A stretch of DNA of 64,000 nt, taken from contig CM102284.1 of NCBI GenBank assembly GCA_046563655.1, positions 372,001 to 436,000 on the forward strand. The letters are read 5' to 3'. This document shows, piece by piece, positions 36,526 through 46,349 of this stretch (positions are counted from its first letter, which is position 1; each line of letters starts with the position of its first letter). The DNA comes from Yuukianura sp. NJ FZ-2021. Taxonomy: Eukaryota. Below the pieces are notes generated by a model that was not told where the DNA came from, searched no databases, and saw nothing but the letters and a program-made list of their open reading frames with translations. A program made the position numbers and the translations under genes.

Positions 36526-37622
36526 CATACGTTCAAAAAACTTGGAAATTTTCAAAAATGAAGGTTTAGAAAACTTTTTCTTTTTTGAATTCGTTTTAAA
36601 GTTGAAGGAGAAATATGAAATACAGAGCTGTGAGTAATAAATAATAATACTTGAGAAGTTAAATATTTACTTTTAGAGTTACAATCTAAATAGCAAAAAT
36701 ATCTTTGTTCCAATTTTTCAAGAAATATACCTACATCCGATCCATTTTTTGATTTTCTGAAATATTTTGACAAAATTTGGAAATTGGGAAATGAATAAAA
36801 TAGATACAATAATGAAATAGTATTCGCCATAAATCTAATAGTACAGAAAAATAAAAAGAATTAGTTAGGATAATATCTTCGGCTGCAATTGAAATGGTTT
36901 TTAGATTTCAAAAAAACTCTTTCCTGAGGTTATTTCCCTCAACTCTGTTATTTCTCTTTTTTGGGAAAAAATATTTCCAGAGTTAGATTTAAAATGCCGG
37001 AAAAAGAAATTCCTGAAAAATTGGTGCATTTCATCTTATCAATTTCAAATGCTTACATTTGCAGTTGAATTTGAAATTTTTTAAACCTTTAAATTAAAAA
37101 TACGAAGCCCTAAAATTCTAAAACCTCAAAAAAATAAAAACTCAAAAAACTCATAGAAATTCTGCTTTCAGAATTTTTATTCTTAGACTATACATAGTCT
37201 AAGGCGAAGCCCCAGCACGCAAGGGCAGCATTCTAGTTAAAAGTAAACTTCATGTGTATTTTTTTTTATGCAATTTACCGCATTTTATTTTTTATTCATT
37301 TTTAATGAAATAAAACAGTCGTACTATTATTTTCTTAATAATTATAATTATGTAGCTTGTAGTTTATGATAATTATTAATGCTTTCTTTGCTATCCTCGG
37401 TAACATTCTGACGTTTCCGCGATATCTGTGGAATAGCGTACCGCTATTCGTCATTCCTTCTCAGCTGTTTCTTCACAACAACTTCTTAAAAGTTGGCAAT
37501 TTTGGAAGGATTAATTTGTTGCTTCATAAATTGGGAATATCTACTCCGGCAAACGTATACGTAACGTTAAGAGTAACTATTAAATTGCAATTTAAGTTGA
37601 GAACAAAGAAGGTGTTAGAGGA

Positions 37623-38955
37623 ATGCAGGACGTAATTAATACAGTTAAGGGAAGGCCCTTGGCATAGCCACTTCCTTGACTCCAAGGCTCCGAGAATCCA
37701 AGTTCCGTGAAACAGGGGTTCTTACGCCGGAAGAATTTGTGGCTGCAGGGGATCATCTTGTCCATCACTGTCCCACTTGGCAATGGGCTTCTGGAGAGGA
37801 ATCTAAGGTCACAATTATTCGAAAGACTAAGTATAAATAACGATTTACAAACGATCTAGTAACGATTACTTAGTTTATCGTTTGTTTCAGGCGGCGGACC
37901 ACCTCCCGAAGAACAAACAGTTTCTGATAACTAAAAACGTTCCTTGCTACAAACGGTGTAAACAGGTGAGGCTGGATGTTCCATTGTCGTTTTCAGTATT
38001 CTCAACAAATTAACCTTAAGAAAAGAGGAAAGTAATCGAAACTCTTTTGATTCAGATTGACTACGACAGGGAACAGGAAAAAGTGATTGACGAGGACGAC
38101 GATGGTGAGATGCGTTTTGAAACATTTGCCGATAATCTTTGTCGGCTGGACTCGCTGATCCGACGTTTGACGATAACTAATTTGATGTCAACGGTAACTA
38201 ATTCGATTAATCTGATGTAGGAGGCTGGGTGGACACTCATCATCACCAACCCATTGAGGAGGAAGTGGCAGAGATGAAACTAGAAGATTCTGAAACTCCA
38301 GGAGTAGTTGACGATGAAGATGAAGTTGCTGTGGATATGGATGAATTCGAAGCTTCTGGCCTGCTTGATAATCAAGACGACACTACTTTGCGTACGATAC
38401 CTCAAAAAGTTCAGCCTTCCGGTGAAATTATGCAAACGAGGTGAGTTTTCCTTCCAAACGATTCTACAACGATCAACTTAATTCATGATTAACATAATTT
38501 TCTGAATCTTAGAACATACGATCTGCACATAACTTATGACAAGTACTACCAAACTCCTCGGCTCTTTCTTGTCGGCTACAACGAGGTAAGCATTATCCTT
38601 AGCATATGATCATCTTAAGTGATTAGTTAATTAAGTTAGGTAATTGTGATCAACTAAGTGCGAACTTTTATCTTAGGATCGGAAGATACTCAGCGTTGAG
38701 GAAATGTACGAAGACGTCAGTCAGGACCATGCGAAGAAAACTGTTACCATGGAAGCCCATCCGCATTTGAGCGGAGTCATTGCAGCCTCAGTTCATCCTT
38801 GTCGACATGCTGTCGTTATGAAAAAGATTTTGGAAACTGTGGCCGAAGGAGGCAAAGATCTGGGAGTTCATGTCTACCTCATCATCTTCCTCAAGTTTGT
38901 TCAATCGGTTATCCCCACCATAGAGTACGACTACACGCAGAACTTTTCGCTCTGA
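37623..38955 (+). CDS. Atg3: Autophagy E2-like enzyme Atg3, 6 exons; 1-nt frameshift near codon 10-11 as assembled
   Basis: [10 protein letters not shown] / [74 protein letters not shown], catalytic [23 protein letters not shown]. Confidence 0.95.
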
Positions 38956-39282
38956 ACGTCTTATTTCAGTGGAATTCGCTTGCAAAACGATTTTCAAGGA
39001 GACCATTCCGCACTAACTTTTCGATATTCGTTATGTTCAAACTTAAGTTCAGAAATTGACTCGAAATTTTGCAAATTGAGAAACTTAAGGTATAAACGTA
39101 TTACATTTTATTATTATCTGCCTTCCAATTTAATTTAAATCTTGCTAGAGATTCATTACATAATTGATATTACTGGGGTTACATCATTACATCTTACATG
39201 CTGGTGTACTGTTGACTGGAGAAATGCTGGCGATGAATGTGCTGCTGGGGTTAGAACTTCTATGAATGTGTTGCTGGTTGGT

Positions 39283-40012
39283 TTACTTCTTGAGAAGTGC
39301 AAATCCCAGACCCACGAGAGCTCCAGCAGCCAGTAGTCCTCCGCCAGCGATCGCTGCTCCTTTCAGTGCATCAGAGTCCATTGCTTTCCGCATTTCCTTC
39401 TCGAGGCTCTGGGCTTGCTTGTTTCCAGGTTCATTCTGGAGCAGTAGTTTGACATACTTGAGGGCTTGGTTGTAGTCTTTGTTCCTTCCGTGACCAACTG
39501 AAAGGTAGTACAGGTAATCTCTGCGACGGGAGTCATCGGCTGCACCAGCTATACAAGGTCAAAGGTCAATTGCTAACTAATTACCAATCACTACTACTCC
39601 GCTAAGAAGTCAGAGATACCGTGTGGGTACTACGACTTACATTTCAAGAGCTCTTCCAGAAAAAAGATTCCCTTCTTTACATCAGTCTTTAGGCGAGATC
39701 GGACCTGAATGAACGGAAATCAATAGAAGCAAGTTTTAACCTTCATTCATATTACAACGTAACGATTAATCGTGTGATTAATTAGTTGCTTACCAAGCAC
39801 CAGGCATACTGAAAAGTCGTATCAGCTGACGGTGCTCCCTGTTCACGTTCAAGGTTATACTTCTCCTCGAATTCCTAAATCGACACAAAAACGATTGAAT
39901 TAGAAAATGCTTGTATCCACTAAGTACTGCAGCATTAGAAGTTGAGCAGCACTTTTACCCGAAGGAATTCGTCTGAAATGTTGGAAGTGAGGGCATCCGC
40001 GGCGTCGGCCAT
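39283..40012 (-). CDS. Fis1: Mitochondrial fission 1 protein, 4 exons
   Basis: TFQYAWCLVRSR..DVKKGIFFLEEL..RRDYLYYLSVGH..KDYNQALKYVKLLLQNEPGNKQAQSLE, followed by a tail anchor GAAIAGGGLLAAGALVGLGFALLKK*. Confidence 0.95.
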
Positions 40013-40165
40013 CTTCAAATGACCTTGTTCAAAGTTCGGAACACCAATTAATCACTAAACTCTTAATTACTGAGGCTGTCACCGCTTACAGCTGACTCAG
40101 AAGAATGGAAACAATTTTGTCCGGGAACTACGACAGTGTGACGACACAACTGGAACTTTCGAAAA

Positions 40166-41592
40166 ATGATGACAATGAGTCAAGCAAAGGTTGACGTAAG
40201 GATGCGCACTAACCGATGTACCCAGGAAGTTTATGAAGAATTTGAATAGCTAAACTTGTTTTTTTTTAGTTTTAGTACATTTAATATTTCAGTACATTTA
40301 AGCATTAGTTTAACTAAATTAGTGATAAGTAATTTTTGATTTTCATTTTTTTGCATATCCATTTGAAAACGGTGACTCATTGTTTACTCAATTTCGTTAT
40401 GCAAGTGCATACAGATGTACGTACAAAACCGGTTCCAAGAAACAAAATATGAGCTTCTTATTATCAACAAATGGCCTTGAAAAGTTGATCTTTGTTTCGG
40501 AAGAGGGGAGATTATAAGCTAAAAATAGGTCGGGTGTAAAGGAAGTTCAGAATTCCCTCAAAAGGAATTTACTTTGCCTTGTTCTTATTAGAGTTATTCA
40601 AAGTTGGTTTTGTTTCATTTTTTTTTAACTTTGATTTTAAATCTACTTTTTAGGACAACATCAGAACAAAACTCGGTCAAATGGCTTTGAAATTGAAAAT
40701 CTTTGCTTTCTTACTGATGATATTCGCGATTGGTCAAATTTTCGCCACGAATGACGTAAGTATACTTTACACAGTAACCTAACCGGGGAGCATTAAAATT
40801 CATTTAAAGTGGAAAAATTCTGCAACGTTGAAACTGATACATGATAGCCAGTACATGGTATCGTATTTATCGGCGTATAACGTGCCGTAAAATATTATTT
40901 CTGAGACATAAATTAAATTCTCCTATTTTTGTAAAGTTATGACATTAAAAAAGTTATGAAGAAGTTTTTGTTTTTTAGTTTTGCTTTGCCCAACTAAACA
41001 ACAGAAAAGAGCGCTATACGCCGATAAATATGGTACATGAATGTTAAAATTTTAGAAACTGGAGCTAACAATGACAGAAGAGGAAAAACAGATTTGGTAT
41101 AAGGAAGATCCGGACTTTTCTGGAATTCCGGACTGTCGTCGGTGCACAATGGAGTACCGGAAATTGAACCAATGGGAACAAGCGTACTGGACACTCATGA
41201 AAGATTGGAACACTACTGCTGAACTGATGGATGGAATTCAGCGCCTATTTATAGTCAGTGGGCGGGGCTTCCTGCCTATCACTTCTGCACATCAAGTAAT
41301 AAACGATTACATACAGCAAGAAGCAGAATACTTGAACAAATTACCAGTTGAGGGAAAAGAATTGCTGTACAACTACTTCGTCCATCAGAAATTGGCTCAG
41401 GAACAAATCAATGAAAAATTAAACAACCTCTACATGGAACTGAGTGTCACCAAAGCATGGCAACAGTACGAACTGGATCTCAAAAATGAGAAGACTGACG
41501 ACGATGCTGCTGCAGATGTGCGTACTCACCAGCGTCAAATGCAGCAACCAATCATCCCAACGAATTTTACTCGATTTGGTGACGAGTTGTGA
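40166..41592 (+). CDS. Uncharacterised protein with signal peptide/anchor; exons 40166-40195, 40654-40755, 41056-41592; ~222 aa
   Basis: Two strong GAC|GTAAG donors and TTTTAG acceptors, all phase 0, join into one open frame with the 173-aa ORF. Hydrophobic segment LKIFAFLLMIFAIGQIFA. No family recognised. Confidence 0.65.
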
Positions 41593-41855
41593 GCACTTTT
41601 TTTTGGAAAGGTCTTTTCAGTGTTTTATTATGAATTTTACGAAAAAAATAACTATAATATGTTCTTAAATAGCCTGACTTTTTCTTCCTTAAGTTAATTA
41701 CCTTTCCTCGTGGCTTGTTGGGGGAATGCCTGCTTGGTCCAACGAATTCAGCTGGTACGTTTTACGACCATAGTGCGAATATGTGGTTCATACTGTTCGA
41801 GTATTTTTAGAAATTTGTCTGTTCATTGTAGATGCAAATGAGATTTTATTCGGAG

Positions 41856-42271
41856 CAGTGGTGGTGGATATCCACTTTTTCGGCATTTCATCCACGGCAT
41901 TTAATCCAGTGGAAGAAATAAACGAAATGGATGAATCCAAAGGATTCATGCATTCAAGCTTTGCCCGCGGGGTTTGAATTAATTAAATACAAAAAGCTTA
42001 AACAATTCAAAATACAGTTCAAAAACAAAGAAAATATCATTTTTGTATGAGTTTTAAATAAATAATTAATTTTTACGATGAACGAAACTCTTTTTGCTAT
42101 TATTTTGTACTTTTAAATTTGAATTTTTTGATATTTTTGCTAAATTCTTAATTTCTTCCATCCACTAAAAGTGGATGGAAGTCATCTAGTTTGGGTGCAT
42201 TTCTTCTAGTGGACATCTAGTGGAAGTGGCAATTAAGCCACTGGACGTGTAACCACTAACCACCAACACTG
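41856..42271. mobile_element. hAT-type MITE, 416 bp
   Basis: TIR CAGTGGTGGTGG / CCACCAACACTG; perfect 8-bp TSD ATTCGGAG (41848-41855, 42272-42279); internal TCCAC/GTGGA subterminal motifs. Confidence 0.88.
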
Positions 42272-42829
42272 ATTCGGAGTGCCACAACTTATTAGACATT
42301 CAGAAGACATTTACTTCCATTACTGCCATAACGGGATCGTCTCTTCCACAAATTGAAGCTACATTGACCGTCGCGTCGTCATTAAGAATGCTGGAACCTT
42401 GCCAACAGTTGAGAATGTACCGTGAAGTTAAGTTCACCGGTAAGCAAGGTTTTACTCAATTTTATGCTAGGTTAGTAAGAAAGGTTCCTGCTTACCTAGT
42501 TGCGTTGCTTACCTTACTTCTCCGCTTACGTCTTTTGTTTCTACCTAATCTTTCTGGTCTAATTTAAATGACTCCAACGAACAAACAAACGGACATTTTG
42601 AAGTCACAAAAGCCAGTCATATTTACTTAGCTAATAGAAATGAAAAAAATAAATCATGTTGAATTCTAAAAAAAAATCACACGGTTTTATTTTTGGAATC
42701 CATACAACCCATTTGATTGAAAAGCCCAATAACATATTTTCCTGTGAAACATATTTGGAAAAGCTAATTCTAAGTTGTTGTTTCAACAGCACGCCTAAAA
42801 ATATGTGTAGTAGCGTTGAATGTAAGGAC

Positions 42830-43327
42830 TTATGGGTTGCAATAGCAGTAGGACGTTCCTTTGCCTGGCGACGGAGTGCAAGTGGAATTCAAGCCGTATC
42901 CGCAAGCTGTACATGCTTCAGGACATGAGCCACACATGAACTGTGTACTCTCCGGCAGAACAGTATATGTACCGCTATCTGTGAGGCACCGACACCGTAC
43001 TACCGCTACCCCTGGTGACGTATTAGACAAATTGCATACGCCGTCGGAGAGGTAGGCATTAAGTAAGCACTGCGCGTTGCAGGCTAATGTAAACACACCA
43101 GTAGTGGCTGGTCCACATTGTGCCCGAAGACAAAGTGTCCCCACATCTAATCATCATCAAAGTGATCAGTTTAGTTAATATTTAAGAACAAAGTTAATGT
43201 TAGTAAGATACATCTATATAGTTAACAACATTTTGCTAGTTTTTAGTTTATTACCTGCAGATTTAACTTCAACTGGTGCGTTTTGGAGAAGCAGAACTTC
43301 AAAAACGAAGAACAGGATAAGCTTCAT
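42830..43327 (-). CDS. Secreted cysteine-rich peptide with two tandem defensin-like (CS-alpha-beta) modules; exons 43327-43255, 43146-42830; 129 aa
   Basis: Signal peptide exon MKLILFFVFEVLLLQNAPVEVKSA with a phase-1 intron; CNAQC..GVC..CRC and CPEAC..STC..CYC; TATAAATA ~75 bp upstream. Confidence 0.8.
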
Positions 43328-43440
43328 GGTAGGAAGTTCAAATTATTTTTTCGTTCAAAATTCAACTGCGTTTGACTAAATCTTCAGAAGAGGTGGTGTA
43401 TTTATAAGGCATAGTTGAGTAAGATAATTCTGTTCATGCT

Positions 43441-43625
43441 AATAAAATTATGATACTGCATTAAAAACAAGCTCAATTTTGTTATTGCAATAAACTTATG
43501 ATACTGCATTAAAAACAAGCTCAATTTTGTTATTGCAATAAACTTATGATACTGCATTAAAAACAAGCTCAATTTTGTTATTGCAATAAAGTTATGATAC
43601 TGCATTGAAAACAGGCTTAATTTTG
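43441..43625. repeat. 48-bp tandem repeat, ~3.8 copies, just upstream of the TATA box of the defensin-like gene
   Basis: AATAAACTTATGATACTGCATTAAAAACAAGCTCAATTTTGTTATTGC repeated. Confidence 0.92.
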
Positions 43626-44554
43626 TTTATGAACCAAAGTGGAATTTTTTGATTTTTTGTGTATTGAAATTGAGGGGAATGGAAATTAAATTCCGAAATT
43701 CCTCGATGCTAGCATTCGTTAGGATGTCGGGGTTCAACGTTCCAAGGCTATTATTGACGCACCAAGAAAGCATCAATAAAAATTATTCCACTCATTAAAA
43801 TTAAAAATTATACAGGTAAAAGGAGTGAATTTAAAAACGTTTCTATTCAAGAACTTCAGAGGCTATGACCTGATAAAAATTTAATAATTTAATAAGAAGT
43901 ATGTTGTTAATTTTAAATTTAAAAAAAAAAGAGTTTTGTAGCAGTCTCGGATCAATCCAGATTTTAAACTAGTTATTTATGCTAACCCAGCCTCCAGAAT
44001 TAATACATTAATTTGCACTCTTCAATTTTAATTTTTTCCTCATCATCTTGTTCACTTTGCTTAATTTAAAACGCGATAAATTTTGAAAATTGAAAAACTT
44101 TTCAGAAAGGGGCTCGAAATTTTGAAAATCCTACCAGTTGGTAGGGTCCTACTTCTTGTTAATTGTACTAAGCCTACTAATTGGTTGTCAAATAATAATA
44201 AAAACGTAATTGGTTGACCATTATATCGACGTGAACTAAAGTTTTAGGAAAACCTGTTATTCGTTATGGTTTGTTTGATAACGGAAGATTAGATTTATAA
44301 TTTGTAATGGAGCATATGGACAAAACACAAAAGAGTATAAGATAAACAATCTTCTCATCATTCCTTGGTTACTAGAATGGTGGACTGACCTTGTGACTGA
44401 CCTTCTGTAGTACAAGTTTAAGGTTTTTGGAGAATAATGGTAAGGTTTAACAATTTATACACTTAACAGTTTTCCTTATCAGTGTACCTTCAGATTTCTG
44501 AATACATGTAAAAACTTCATGAATATTCTTAGTGACGTTGTGAGGTGACTTGTG

Positions 44555-45263
44555 GGTTGAAGTAAACTTGGGCCGCGCGCCTGTCCCCACCCGTTCAAAT
44601 TTTCGCGCTGCCCCATTGTACCCACCCAGCGTCCCCACCGGGTGGGTACATTTGTCCCCACCAAGTGGGGACGAAAGTGTACCCACCAGCCTTACACCGA
44701 CTCCTCCTAGCGGCTGAAGTGGAACTAGCGAATTCGAGCTGGCAACGTCGTACCGTTGCTCCATTGCCCCCACCCAGGGCACAGGTAATAAATATAGTGA
44801 GGCTAAGTCAGAAAAACCTACAGACAAAATCACTATTGTAGGACAATCAGCGAAACCTACCGACATAGCCAGTATTGCATGCTTAACCAAACCTAACGCC
44901 GCGCCTTCGGCGCGGAAACTGCATTGTACCAAGAAGTTTCGGGCTGAAACTACACGAAGAAGTTTCTTTGCAGTTTCCGCGCCGAAGGCGCGGCGTTAGG
45001 TTTGGTAAAGCACGCAATAGTGATTACATGTTCCCTAGTTCCTAGTGGCCTTTTCTACAGCGGGTTTTTTACATTGAAGCAACACTACAACGTTGCCAGC
45101 TCGAATTCGTTAGTTCGACACCAACCGCTAGGTGGAGTCGTTGTTTAAGGCTGGTGGGGACACATTTGTCCCCACCAAGTGGGGACAATGGGTGGGGACA
45201 ATTGAAGCAGCGCGAAAATTTGAACGGGTGGGGACAGGCGCGCGGCCCAAGTTTACTTCAACC
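44555..45263. mobile_element. Foldback (near-fully palindromic) non-autonomous DNA transposon, 709 bp
   Basis: Perfect terminal IR of ~55 bp beginning GGTTGAAGTAAACTTGGGCCGCGCGCC, with inverted similarity continuing for ~300-370 bp. Perfect 8-bp TSD GACTTGTG (44547-44554, 45264-45271). Confidence 0.9.
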
Positions 45264-45669
45264 GACTTGTGAGACAAGAAGTCGTTCCTAGTTCCTGGTC
45301 AGCCTTTTTCTGAAGAAGTTCAATTGGCGACGTCCAGTTGACGTTTCTGAAGGAGGTGGCGAGTCATCTACCGACATCTACTTCAAGACGAGCTTCATTT
45401 AAGTACGATTTTTGTTAAACGTAGATAAGGAAAGCATGTTGTACTTATGTACTTAATACTACTACAAGAAACAAGAATTGGGTTCTAACAGATTAACGGT
45501 TTTGTTATGCCTTTGTTTGATCATTCAATGTGTTTCATGTTTCATTGTAGGGTTGCTGTCTCCTGCTCAGTCAAGGTTGTGTATCAACAGTGACTGAGAA
45601 TCTAGTGATTAGAGAAGTAACTCGATTGGCTTAGAACAGTCAGTGGGGTTACTCGAGAATGCTGTGGGT

Positions 45670-46151
45670 TATGATTTCTCCGTTAGGACCCACTCTTACG
45701 GTGCCGTTTTCATTATTTTATTTCACGTCGGCATATTTTCCACCTCCGCTCACCTCCACCGTTCACCTGCCTTTTATTCATTAAAAAAATATTTGTAGAC
45801 GGTATAAAAATTTTTATTGCACTAGTAGTTAGTTACAAACAAAGAAGAAGGTAATTTCGAGTGAAATTATAAGTGTTTTAGAATCGCTAATCAATTTTTT
45901 TGTCTCAGAAAAACTACATCAACTTGAGGAAAAAATATGAATTCAAAGTACTACTTGCAAATAATTTTAAAACAATGATTTAGAAAAAATAGTACAAAAT
46001 GAAATTCAAAATTTTAAGCACGAATTTAATGTGTCGGAAATACAAACTTAGTAGGTGAACGCTTGAGGTGAGTGGTAGTGAAAAATCTGCCGATGTGAGA
46101 TAAAATAATGAAAACGGCACCGTAAGAGTGGGTCCTAACGGAGAAATCATA
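45670..46151. mobile_element. MITE with ~100-bp TIRs, 482 bp
   Basis: TATGATTTCTCCGTTAGGACCCACTCTTACGGTGCCGTTTTCATTATTTTAT and its exact reverse complement; 8-bp TSD CTGTGGGT (45662-45669, 46152-46159). Confidence 0.92.
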
Positions 46152-46349
46152 CTGTGGGTACGGGTCCTGGTTCATCCGTTGGGATGGCTAGGAATCTACT
46201 ACATTGGATGTACCACCAGTTCACAACTAACGAATCACCAGAAGCACAGCTAGCCCTTTCAGTAATCGTTTTTTCTACGTTTGACTAACGCAGTCAAAAG
46301 CATCCGTGTATTCAACATATACCTTCACTCAATCTACAGTTTGAAGAGA

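Noticed and set aside
37183-37236. Helitron-like 3' end (palindrome TTAGACTAT..ATAGTCTAA, GC-rich segment, CTAG)
   Set aside because: The GC hairpin is imperfect and no 5' end or second copy is visible in the window.
43402-43605. ORF with repeated MQYHKFIAITKLSLFL
   Set aside because: Translation artefact of the 48-bp tandem repeat.
44447-44932. 161-aa ORF as a transposase
   Set aside because: It lies in the GC-rich arm of the foldback element and has no transposase motifs.
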